This document shows, piece after piece, positions 9,678 through 18,767 of a DNA stretch of 64,000 nucleotides (position 1 is the first letter of the stretch; every line of letters begins with the position of its first letter). The notes beneath the pieces were generated by a model. That model was not told the origin of the DNA. It did not search any database and worked only from the letters and a program-made list of their open reading frames with translations. The stretch is from Pirellulaceae bacterium (GTDB taxonomy: Bacteria > Planctomycetota > Planctomycetia > Pirellulales > Pirellulaceae). The stretch covers positions 36,465 to 100,464 of the forward strand of contig CBDCWT010000007.1 in assembly GCA_965223305.1 (NCBI GenBank), read 5' to 3'. Both the position numbers and the translations under genes were made by a program.

Positions 9678-11567
9678 ATGCACAACCTGTTATCACAACT
9701 TGATTCCGCAGCACCCTTACAAGAGATGTCGACGCGCGAGTTGGATCAACTCGGGGACGAGATTCGCGACGTCCTTTGCAGCTTGCTGTACGACCGTTCT
9801 GCGCACTTTGCTTCCAACCTAGGTGTCGTGGAGCTCTGCTTGGCTCTGCATAGCGTCTTCGATTTCCGCCACGACCGTTTGATCTGGGACACGGGGCACC
9901 AAGTCTATCCGCACAAGTTGGTGACGGGCCGGTACCACGAATTCAGTTCGATTCGTACCAAGGGCGGGTTGATGGGATACCCGAACCCTAATGAGAGCGA
10001 GTACGACTTGTTTATGACCGGTCACGCCGGCTGTAGTATCTCCACGGTGTTGGGACTCAAGACGGGAGACGATCTAGTCGGTGAATCCCGGCACGCCGTA
10101 GCGGTGATTGGCGACGGAGCGTTCCCCTCGGGTATCGTCCACGAGGCCATGAACAACGCCGGTGGGTTGCGCAAGAAGCTGTTGGTCATTCTCAACGACA
10201 ACAAGATGTCGATTTGTCCCCGTGTGGGCGGGTTGGCGAGCTACCTTGACCGGCTGCGCACGAATCCTTTCTATACGGGCCTCAAGACGGAGGTCGTCAA
10301 GGCGTTAAACTGCGTACCCGTGTTAGGAGATCCGGCTGAGCGTTTCTTGGCTCAGGTGAAGGAGGGCGTCAAAGCGGGCTTACACGGCGGGATGCTCTTC
10401 GAAGAGTTAGGTCTGCGGTACATCGGACCGATCGACGGGCACAACATTCCGGTACTGCGCAAGTACTTGAAGATGGCCCAGGTTCAGGAGGAGCCGATGC
10501 TGTTGCACGTGGTGACCGAAAAAGGTCATGGATTTCAACCCGCCGCCGAAGATCCGGTTTTCTTTCATACTCCGCCTGCTTTCGAGAACCAAGATGGTCG
10601 TCCGGTGCCCAAGGCCAAGCCGGCCAGCAAGCCGTACACGCACTACGCCAGTGCGGCGATTCGCGACCAGATGCTGCGCGATGCCCGCGTTACGGTGATG
10701 ACCGCAGCTATGTGCCAAGGGAACAAGCTGGAAGTGATCCGTGACGAGTTCCCGGACCGCTTCTTTGATACAGGCATCTGCGAGTCACACGCAGTGGCCT
10801 TTGCTGCTGGCCAAGCGAGGGCGGGGTTGCGGCCCATCGTCGACATCTACAGCACCTTCCTGCAGCGCAGCTACGACCAGATTTTTCAGGAGGTGGCGTT
10901 GCAGAACCTCCCCGTGCTGTTTGCACTGGATCGCGCAGGCTTAACCGGTCCAGACGGACCGACTCACCATGGCGTCTTTGACTTGGGCTACATGCGGGCC
11001 TTCCCCAACATGGTCGTGATGGCCCCCGGGGATGCAGCCGATCTCCAGGCGATGATCGAGTTTGGGATCTCCCACAACGGCCCTTGTTCGATCCGGTATC
11101 CGAAGGCGGCCGCGGAGACCTTGCAGGACCAACGGGCTGAGGTCGAGTTGGGACGGGCCGAGGTACGCCGGTGGGGAACCGACGGTACCATCCTCTGCTG
11201 TGGAACACTGTTGAGCAACTGCCTGGCCGCGGCCGAGTTGCTGGCAGAGGAAGGAATGGACGTCGGCGTTGTCAACGCACGCTTTGTGAAACCACTGGAC
11301 CGGCAGATCATCGCCCGAGCTCTCCGCGACACACCATTTCTGTTGACCGTCGAGGAGGCGGCGTTGATGGGTGGGTTTGGCAGCGCCGTCCTGGAAGCAG
11401 CCAATGATGCCCGGCTTGATACACGCCGCGTCCGCTGCTTGGGCCTACCCGATCGGTTCATCGAGCACGGCGAGCGAAACGAACTGCTGGCCGAACTGGG
11501 ACTGCATGCTGAGGGCATCGCGGAGACCTGCCGGGAGTGGGCGAGCTCGCTGCTGAGAAGTGCTTAG
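9678..11567 (+). CDS. dxs: 1-deoxy-D-xylulose-5-phosphate synthase
   Basis: 629 aa. Contains the TPP-binding GDG motif (IGDGAFPSGIVHEAMNNAG) and a transketolase-like C-terminal domain. Confidence 0.9.
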   Translation: MHNLLSQLDSAAPLQEMSTRELDQLGDEIRDVLCSLLYDRSAHFASNLGVVELCLALHSVFDFRHDRLIWDTGHQVYPHKLVTGRYHEFSSIRTKGGLMGYPNPNESEYDLFMTGHAGCSISTVLGLKTGDDLVGESRHAVAVIGDGAFPSGIVHEAMNNAGGLRKKLLVILNDNKMSICPRVGGLASYLDRLRTNPFYTGLKTEVVKALNCVPVLGDPAERFLAQVKEGVKAGLHGGMLFEELGLRYIGPIDGHNIPVLRKYLKMAQVQEEPMLLHVVTEKGHGFQPAAEDPVFFHTPPAFENQDGRPVPKAKPASKPYTHYASAAIRDQMLRDARVTVMTAAMCQGNKLEVIRDEFPDRFFDTGICESHAVAFAAGQARAGLRPIVDIYSTFLQRSYDQIFQEVALQNLPVLFALDRAGLTGPDGPTHHGVFDLGYMRAFPNMVVMAPGDAADLQAMIEFGISHNGPCSIRYPKAAAETLQDQRAEVELGRAEVRRWGTDGTILCCGTLLSNCLAAAELLAEEGMDVGVVNARFVKPLDRQIIARALRDTPFLLTVEEAALMGGFGSAVLEAANDARLDTRRVRCLGLPDRFIEHGERNELLAELGLHAEGIAETCREWASSLLRSA

Positions 11568-11574
11568 GAGTCGC

Positions 11575-11700
11575 CCAAAAACAAGTTGGCGATATTCGTC
11601 CTGCTCACCCCCCCTGCCCTGCTGTTCTTGCTGTGCGAGCTGGGAGAGGAAACAGATAGTCGCCAACGTTTTGTTATTTGTTGTGCAGCGCCTTAGCACG
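11575..11700. repeat. Structured intergenic element, family D (second copy at about 35815-35950)
   Basis: ...aacaagttggcgatattcgtcctgctcaccccc...gggagaggaaacagatagtcgccaac...ttgttgtgcagcgcctta closely matches the element just 3' of the gene at 34772-35704. It contains an inverted repeat. Confidence 0.6.
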
Positions 11701-11729
11701 AATTAATTGACGAGCGATGCTGCCCGGGC

Positions 11730-12075
11730 GAAGAAATTTTGAAGTTGCGCATTTCGGCTCAATCGGAAGCGCGAAGCGTGAGTTTTGATGTTGCGCATTT
11801 CGCCTCAATCGTAACCCGAAGCGTAAGCGAGGGAATTGTTTACGTTGGTACACCAACTCTCCCTCGCTGACGCTTCGGGTTCCGAAAAGCCAGGCAAATT
11901 CGTCGCCCTCAGCCCGCCAAACTGTGAAAAGCGCAACATCAAAAAGCGTAAGCGAGGGAATCACTTGGGTTGGTACACCAACTCCTCCTCGCTGACGCTT
12001 CGGGTTACGAAAAACACCGTGAATCCGCTATCTTGTGCCTGCAGGAAGGCGAAAAGCGCAACATCAAAACGAAGA
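11730..12075. repeat. Dispersed hairpin repeat family A, two units
   Basis: Inverted-repeat units: aacccgaagcgtaagcgagggaa ... tccctcgctgacgcttcgggtt. Flanked by ttgaagttgcgcatttcg on one side and gaaaagcgcaacatcaaaa on the other. Also present at 21880-22140, 43270-43400 and 57830-58020. Confidence 0.85.
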
Positions 12076-12114
12076 AACTTGGGCTCAACACTCTGTACGT
12101 GAAACCTGCGCGAG

Positions 12115-12975
12115 ATGGTACGTCCTAAAGTCTTCTTGTTGGGCAGTGGCGATCGAGCCAATGTTCGTGACCAGGCCGAGACGCTCCGGCCGCTGATCGA
12201 ACGGCATGCGAAGATCGTGCTGGAGGACTTGGAATTCGAGCGCGACCTGAGCGAGCTGACTGCCGATCTTGCGATTGTGCTCGGTGGTGACGGTTCGATC
12301 TTGCGCGCGGCCCGGCAGATGGGTGAAGCGCAAGTTCCGGTTGTCGGGGTCAATTTGGGGAAGCTGGGATTCCTGGCTGATCTTTCTGTCACACAGTTTC
12401 AACAGGTGTTGCCGGAGATTTGCAGCGGAGCGTGCCAAGTCGTCGAGCATCTCATGTTGGAATGCCGGGTGATTCGGGGCGAGCAGATCCGTCATCGCGA
12501 GTTGGGATTGAACGAGATGGCGATTCTCGCAGGTCCGCCCTACCGTGCGTTGGACTTTGATCTCTACGTTGACTCAGAAATGGCAACGACCTATAGTTGC
12601 GACGGCCTGATTATTGGGACGCCCGTCGGCTCCACAGCTCACAGTTTGTCGGCAGGCGGGCCAATATTACGGAAGGACCTGCAGGCCTTTGTGATTTCAC
12701 CGATCAGCCCACATACGTTGACGGTCCGCCCGGTTGTCGACGCGGCTGATCGAACCTACGACGTGGTCGTCCGCGAGCCGGGTGGACACACTTCGGTGGT
12801 CGTTGACGGCAACGTGATTTGCGCGTTGACGTCACAGGACCGGGTCAGTGTGCGGCGGGCAACCCCGACATTTCAGCTGGTCGAAGTGGCGGGACACACC
12901 TACTACCGGACTTTGCGAGAGAAACTTGGCTGGGGTGGCAACATCCGCCGCCAGCCAAGAGCCTCGGCCGAGTAG
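12115..12975 (+). CDS. nadK: NAD+ kinase
   Basis: GGDGSILRAAR (the GGDG motif), NEMAI and DGLIIGTPVGSTAHSLSAGGPI motifs. Confidence 0.85.
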   Translation: MVRPKVFLLGSGDRANVRDQAETLRPLIERHAKIVLEDLEFERDLSELTADLAIVLGGDGSILRAARQMGEAQVPVVGVNLGKLGFLADLSVTQFQQVLPEICSGACQVVEHLMLECRVIRGEQIRHRELGLNEMAILAGPPYRALDFDLYVDSEMATTYSCDGLIIGTPVGSTAHSLSAGGPILRKDLQAFVISPISPHTLTVRPVVDAADRTYDVVVREPGGHTSVVVDGNVICALTSQDRVSVRRATPTFQLVEVAGHTYYRTLREKLGWGGNIRRQPRASAE

Positions 12976-13178
12976 CTTGGCGATCCTCTTGTTGCAGCGG
13001 CCTTGCTGGGCTGAACGAATGTGCTGGACCAGCAACGATCGATCTGTCTCTGAAATGGGCGAGCGTGACTCTGCGACAAAAACCGGACGCTAACGTGTTC
13101 CGGCTAATTTCTTACTCCCAAAATCAAACTCGTTGATTTGTTCTTGAACAATTTGTCTTATCGCACGGATGTGAAACG

Positions 13179-14111
13179 ATGAAACGACTTCTCACTTGCT
13201 CCTGCTGTGTCGTACTGGTCTCACTCTGGGCCATGCGCCTGTCCGCTCAGGAAACAACGGCGGACTCTCCTGGCCCCGCGGCTGCGGGCAGCCCAACGCC
13301 GGCGACGAGTCCCGCGGCGGAAGAGACGAAGTACTTGCTGCGATACCAGTTTTCAGAGGGAGAGAAAGTGCGCTGGGAGGTGACGCACTTAGCGACGACG
13401 GAAACCCAAATCCAAGGAAATACCCAATCTTCGAAGTCGCGCAGCGTTTCGACCAAGGTCTGGCAGATTGACTCGATCAGCGATGAAGGAAACATCACCT
13501 TCACTCATTCGGTCGAGAATGTCGATATGTGGCAGAAGCTCTCTGACCGGCCCGAGGTACGCTACAACAGCGCCGAGGACGAAGAGGTGCCGAGCGAGTA
13601 CGAGCAGGTTGCCAAGACGATTGGCGTTCCGTTGACGAGCGTCACCATCAGCGCGGAAGGCCGGTTGATCGAGCGTGACAGCCGCGGGGGTCAAACCAAC
13701 TTTGGGCTAGGCGACATCGTAATGCTCCTCCCGCCGAAGCCAGTGCAGGCTGGGAGTAAGTGGCATGAGCCGGCTGAAATACAGCTTCGTGAGCCAAGCC
13801 AGCGTATGAAGCGGATCAAGATCCGCAAGCTCTATACGCTGAAGAAGGTTCAGACCGGCGTCGCGAGCATCGAGGTCAAAACCGAAGTCTTGACACCAAT
13901 TCGAGATGCGAGCCTGAAGGCTCAGCTAGTTCAACAGATCGCCGATGGAACCGTCAAATTTGATGTCGACGCGGGGCGGGTGATATCCCGCCAAATGGAC
14001 TGGGACGAAACAGTGATTGGTTTCAATGGCAACGATAGCTTGATGGAGTATCAAGCGCGTTTTAAGGAGAAACTACTTCCTGCCACGCCGCGGACGGCGC
14101 GGAGGAAGTAA
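13179..14111 (+). CDS. Secreted hypothetical protein
   Basis: N-terminal signal peptide MKRLLTCSCCVVLVSLWAMRLSAQE. No recognisable catalytic motif. Confidence 0.5.
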   Translation: MKRLLTCSCCVVLVSLWAMRLSAQETTADSPGPAAAGSPTPATSPAAEETKYLLRYQFSEGEKVRWEVTHLATTETQIQGNTQSSKSRSVSTKVWQIDSISDEGNITFTHSVENVDMWQKLSDRPEVRYNSAEDEEVPSEYEQVAKTIGVPLTSVTISAEGRLIERDSRGGQTNFGLGDIVMLLPPKPVQAGSKWHEPAEIQLREPSQRMKRIKIRKLYTLKKVQTGVASIEVKTEVLTPIRDASLKAQLVQQIADGTVKFDVDAGRVISRQMDWDETVIGFNGNDSLMEYQARFKEKLLPATPRTARRK

Positions 14112-15744
14112 AGCGTTCCAGTTGCCGTGCTTTGTCCACCAGCACGAGGAACTCGGCTCGATGGCCGTGAGGGTCAGCGCCGCGGGCGGCAGCCGCCATT
14201 TTCCGCACAGCTGCGTAGGTGGTCTGGCCGCGGTACTTCGAATTCCGTAGCAGCATCCCAAACGAAGCAACGGCTGCGGAAAAGCGGAAGTCATCAGACG
14301 CCTGCTCGAACGGAGCAGCTTCGTTCGGCACGCGGTGAACCATGAGCTGGCTTGCTACTGCTGCGGGACGTTTGTAGCGAACCTTGAGCGTCAGCAGTTC
14401 GTGCGTTGCTGCGGCGGTCGACAGCTGGCGTGGTGTTTGATAACGCAGCGGGTCGACCAACGGATCGGCCGCCTCGTCTGGGCCGAGCATCGCGAGCTCG
14501 TAGAGTGCGGTGACCGTGTGTCCAGCCCCTACCTCTCCCGCGTCGATGCGATCGTTGTTGAAATCTGCGGCCTCTAGCGCGCGATTCTCGTAGCCAATCA
14601 GACGGTAGGAGGCGACCCGTGCCGGATTGAACTCGACTTGGATCTTGACGTCCTTGGCAATCGTGACCAAGGTGCTCTCGATTTGTTGCCCCAGGACTTT
14701 CTCCACTTCTCGCTCGGTGTCGATGAAGGCATAGTTGCCGTTCGCTCGATTGGATAGTTCCTCCAGCAGCGCGTCGTTATGGTTGCCCATCCCAAAGCCA
14801 AGTACGGTCAGGAAGATTCCGTGTTCGGCGTTCTCTTGGGCGAGCCTCACGAGCGCCGCGGGGCTCGTGACGCCGAGATTGAAGTCCCCGTCGCTGCAGA
14901 GGAGGACACGGTTGACGCCCCCCTCGATGAACTGGTTCCTGGCCATTCGATAGGCCAGTCGAATTCCCTGGCCACCGTTTGTCGATCCGCCGGCGTGCAG
15001 TTGTTCGAGCGCTGCCTCGATCAGCTCGTGACGATCTCCCGGAGTGGACGGCAGCACCGTCCCTGCGGCGCCTGCGTAGACCACGATGGCGACCCGATCT
15101 TGTGCGCCCAACTGAGTGACTAGCTTTCGCATGCCCCGCTTGACCAGCGGGAGCTTGTCGGCGTAGTCCATCGATCCAGATACGTCCAGCAGGAACACCA
15201 GGTTGTACGGAATCTGTTGACGATCGACGCTGCGGCCCTTGATGGCAACTCGCACGAGGCGATGTTCGCGGCACCACGGAGCCGCCGCCGTTTCGACGTG
15301 CAACGCGAAGGGATCGTCTCCTTGAGGAGGTGAGTAGTTGTAGGGAAAGTAGTTGACGAATTCTTCGATGCGTACGGCATCCGGCGGCGGCAGGACGTTC
15401 TGCTCGAGCAGGAACATCCTCGTCTTGGCGTAGGACGCAGTGTCGACGTCGATCGAAAACGTGGAGAGCGGTTGGTCGGCCACCCGGACAAAGGGATTTT
15501 CGACGATCAAGTTAAAGCGGTCTCCTGGCATTTCCGGTCCGCTCCCCTCGCCGGGCAGATCGGATGGCGCCGCGGCGCTGTCCATGAGTTCGACGTAGGC
15601 TGCGGCCTGGTCGGCCCGGCCGAAGTTTGCCGGCGGCGACGCGGCGCCAGTTCGATCCGGCGCGCTGCCGGCAGAGCCTCCGCTGCAGCCTGCGACAAGT
15701 GAGAGGAGCAATACCGAGATCGTCAGGGACAGTCTGGTAGTCAT
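14062..15744 (-). CDS. Lipoprotein with a von Willebrand factor type A (VWA) domain and a YfbK/DUF3520-like C-terminal region
   Basis: Lipoprotein signal (LLLSLVAGCSGG). VWA MIDAS motif DVSGSM followed by downstream T and D residues. Length 560 aa. Confidence 0.7.
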   Translation of the reverse strand: MTTRLSLTISVLLLSLVAGCSGGSAGSAPDRTGAASPPANFGRADQAAAYVELMDSAAAPSDLPGEGSGPEMPGDRFNLIVENPFVRVADQPLSTFSIDVDTASYAKTRMFLLEQNVLPPPDAVRIEEFVNYFPYNYSPPQGDDPFALHVETAAAPWCREHRLVRVAIKGRSVDRQQIPYNLVFLLDVSGSMDYADKLPLVKRGMRKLVTQLGAQDRVAIVVYAGAAGTVLPSTPGDRHELIEAALEQLHAGGSTNGGQGIRLAYRMARNQFIEGGVNRVLLCSDGDFNLGVTSPAALVRLAQENAEHGIFLTVLGFGMGNHNDALLEELSNRANGNYAFIDTEREVEKVLGQQIESTLVTIAKDVKIQVEFNPARVASYRLIGYENRALEAADFNNDRIDAGEVGAGHTVTALYELAMLGPDEAADPLVDPLRYQTPRQLSTAAATHELLTLKVRYKRPAAVASQLMVHRVPNEAAPFEQASDDFRFSAAVASFGMLLRNSKYRGQTTYAAVRKMAAAARGADPHGHRAEFLVLVDKARQLERFTSSAPSAAWQEVVSP

Positions 15745-15866
15745 GATTGGCGCTGACCTTTCGCGATGCCCAGCTGGAGGGGGAAACAGCTTGTTCGCTC
15801 ATACGGATGCGCCGACAGCCTTGGTTATTCCCGCCAAGCAGCCACTTTTCGTCTAGACTGAGGTGG

Positions 15867-17468
15867 ATGCTGGAGCGTTCACGAACCCGAGTCATCTCAC
15901 TGCTCGCGCTGCTACTTGCCGTAGCTGCTGTGGCGAGTCTGCTGGTCTTTGACGACGAGCGTATTCGCGGATTGCTGGCCAACACCTTGATGTTGGCTGT
16001 TGGCAGCAGCCTGATCGCCGTCCCTCTGGGGACGGGGCTGGCGATTCTGCTGTTTCGAACCGACCTGTTTGGCAGGCGGTTATTTGGAATCGCGGTCGTC
16101 GTGATGCTCTTTGTGCCGCTCTTTCTGCAGTCCGCGGGTTGGGACGCCGGATTTGGACTGCAGGGTTGGTTTTCCTTTTCACGCGGACTGGCCAATCCGT
16201 TACTGGCGGGCTGGAGTGCTGCCATTTGGATTCATGGAATGGCTAGTATTCCTTGGGTGGTGTTGTTAGTGGGGACCGCGCTGTGGTTTGTTGATGCGGA
16301 ATTCGAAGAGTTGGCGCTGTTGGAGGTTTCGGCCGCCAGTGTCTTGTGGCGGGTCACGCTGAGGCGTTGTCTTCCCGCGATCGGCGTGGCGGTGATCTGG
16401 ACGCAGATTACTACGGCGGGACAGATTGCAGTGACCGATCGGTATGGGGTGCGGACGTACGCCGAGGAGATTTACCTGACGATCCAACTGCGACAGTGGG
16501 ATCCCATGTATCAGCAGGTAGGGTCCACGATACTAGTGATCGCGGCGCTAGCCATGTTGGCGTTGATCGCAGTCTTCCACTTGGCACCCACGGCGCCGAC
16601 CGCTCCGACGCGCGGCAGCGTCCGCTTTCGTCTGGGTGCCGGCCGCCACCTGGCTTTCGTGCTGGCGGCGGCGGTGGTGTTGCTGATGGTAGGCCTGCCG
16701 CTGGCCAACCTATGTGTCAACGCGGGGATGGTTGTCGAGCCGGTCGGCGGCACGGTGGAGCGGAGTTGGCAGTTCACCAAGTTTTGGGACATTGTGCTTC
16801 CAGCGGCCGTGCAGTTTTCCGAAGAGTTCGGTTGGACGCTCTTGATTGGTGCCGTTTCGGCGACTGCCGTGATCGCCGTGGCCATTCCGTTAGCTTGGTG
16901 GGCGCGCCGCCACGTTGCGGGCGCGGCCCTGGCTCTCACGACGACGGCTGTCTGCCTGGCGATTCCTGGGCCGTTAATCGGTTTGATTTTGATCGGACTG
17001 TTGAATCGCGACTCGGATTTCTTCTATTGGCTTTACGACCGTACGATCTTCGCACCGACCGCGGCTGCTTTTGTGCGGGGGTTGCCGCTAGCGATTCTCG
17101 TTTGCTGGCATGCGTTGCGTTCGATCGCTGCGGACACGTTAGAGGCAGCCGCGGTCGAGGGAGCGGGTCCGAGTCAGCGACTGTGGCGGATCGCAGCACC
17201 TCAGCGTTTTGGCGTGTTGGCTGCCGCTTGGTTGGCCGCTTTCGCCGTTGCCTTAGGAGACTTGTCGGCGACGATCTTGGTCGCCCCACCAGGGATCACG
17301 ACGTTGTCAATGCGTGTATTCGGACTGTTGCATGCGGGGGTCGATGACCAGGTTGCCGGCCTCTGCCTCACCACCTTTGCCATGTTCTCGTTGACCGCGC
17401 TGCTGACGATCTATGCCAGCGGAGCGCTATCCGCTGTTCGGAATGACGACCGGCCCAGGTATACTTGA
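15867..17468 (+). CDS. ABC transporter permease, two fused MetI-like transmembrane domains (iron/thiamine-type)
   Basis: About 12 predicted TM helices in two repeated halves. No ATPase or binding-protein gene lies adjacent. Start placed at MLERSRTRV. Confidence 0.65.
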   Translation: MLERSRTRVISLLALLLAVAAVASLLVFDDERIRGLLANTLMLAVGSSLIAVPLGTGLAILLFRTDLFGRRLFGIAVVVMLFVPLFLQSAGWDAGFGLQGWFSFSRGLANPLLAGWSAAIWIHGMASIPWVVLLVGTALWFVDAEFEELALLEVSAASVLWRVTLRRCLPAIGVAVIWTQITTAGQIAVTDRYGVRTYAEEIYLTIQLRQWDPMYQQVGSTILVIAALAMLALIAVFHLAPTAPTAPTRGSVRFRLGAGRHLAFVLAAAVVLLMVGLPLANLCVNAGMVVEPVGGTVERSWQFTKFWDIVLPAAVQFSEEFGWTLLIGAVSATAVIAVAIPLAWWARRHVAGAALALTTTAVCLAIPGPLIGLILIGLLNRDSDFFYWLYDRTIFAPTAAAFVRGLPLAILVCWHALRSIAADTLEAAAVEGAGPSQRLWRIAAPQRFGVLAAAWLAAFAVALGDLSATILVAPPGITTLSMRVFGLLHAGVDDQVAGLCLTTFAMFSLTALLTIYASGALSAVRNDDRPRYT

Positions 17469-18614
17469 ATGATGATCTTGCCTCGACGCTGTCGCCTCTG
17501 GTTTTTCACTCTTGCCTGCTTGCTGCCATCGCTGGGACTCGCGATGGAGCACGTGCGGATGCGGAGGGATGGTCAGGAGCGTGAAATCCGAGGCCGTGTG
17601 GTGGTCGAAGCGCAAGACGGCGGCCTATTGGTCCTTGACCAGGCCCATGTGCTCTGGACGGTGACACCCGACGAGCTGATCGAGCGTCAGCAGGACGAAC
17701 GTCCTTTCAAGTCACTCGACCACGCCGCGGTTGGCGCCCAACTGAAGGAGCAGCTGCCGGGTTTTGAGATTCACGAGACCAATCACTATGTGATTTGCTA
17801 CAACACGTCGCCACAGTATGCCCTCTGGTGTGGCGCGTTGTTTGAACGTCTCTACACCGGCTTTCGCAACTACTGGCGGAAGCAGAAGATCGAGCTAAGA
17901 GACCCGGATTGGCCGTTGGTGGCGATCATTTTCGACAGCCGCCAGGCGTATGCCTCGTACGCCGAGTCCGAGCTGCAATCAACGAACTCGATTACCGGCT
18001 ACTATAGCCTCACGACGAATCGAGTGACGATGTATGACTTGACCGGCGCCGACGGGCGACTGTGGCCGCAACGCAGCGCACAGGCCCGCATCAATCAGAT
18101 TCTGGCCCGTCCCGAGGCCGAACGGACCGTGGCCACGATGATCCACGAGGCGACACATCAGCTGGCGTTTAACTGCGGACTGCAAACTCGATTCGCCGAC
18201 ATTCCGCTCTGGGTCAGCGAGGGAATCGCCATTTACTTTGAGACACCCGATTTGAAGAAATCGAAAGGGTGGGGGACGATCGGGCGCGTCAACCTCGTTC
18301 GGCACGCTGAATTCAGGAAGTACTTGCTGCACCGCCCTGCCGATTCGCTCGAGACGCTGCTCAGCACCGATACGCGTTTCCGCGATTCTCGCTCGGCGGC
18401 CAACGCCTACGCCGAAGCGTGGGCGCTGAACTACTTCTTAATTCGTACTCGGGCCAAGGACTACCGGGAGTATCTGCGGGGTTTGTCGCAAAAGAGACCG
18501 ATGATCTACGACGCACCCGAGGAGAGACTTGCGATGTTCCGCGAGGCTTTTGGTGAAGATCTGCGGCATTTGGATTCGCAGTTCTTACGTTATATGATGC
18601 GTGTTGGACGTTAG
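17469..18614 (+). CDS. DUF1570-family secreted protein with an HExxH motif (putative metallopeptidase)
   Basis: Signal peptide. MIHEATHQLAFNCG motif typical of DUF1570, which is abundant in Planctomycetota. The start overlaps the upstream stop (tgaatg). Confidence 0.7.
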   Translation: MMILPRRCRLWFFTLACLLPSLGLAMEHVRMRRDGQEREIRGRVVVEAQDGGLLVLDQAHVLWTVTPDELIERQQDERPFKSLDHAAVGAQLKEQLPGFEIHETNHYVICYNTSPQYALWCGALFERLYTGFRNYWRKQKIELRDPDWPLVAIIFDSRQAYASYAESELQSTNSITGYYSLTTNRVTMYDLTGADGRLWPQRSAQARINQILARPEAERTVATMIHEATHQLAFNCGLQTRFADIPLWVSEGIAIYFETPDLKKSKGWGTIGRVNLVRHAEFRKYLLHRPADSLETLLSTDTRFRDSRSAANAYAEAWALNYFLIRTRAKDYREYLRGLSQKRPMIYDAPEERLAMFREAFGEDLRHLDSQFLRYMMRVGR

Positions 18615-18767
18615 GCCCTGCAAAGTTAACGTCCTTCCAATGGACTGCCGACTCGGCGGCAGAGGACGGCGGCAGTCGCAGACGGGCCGCTTTAAAGGCA
18701 ATCCGTTTTGATCGCGTAGCCACAGACAGTTTTCACGAGCTGAGTGACCTGAGAGGAAAATTGACCC

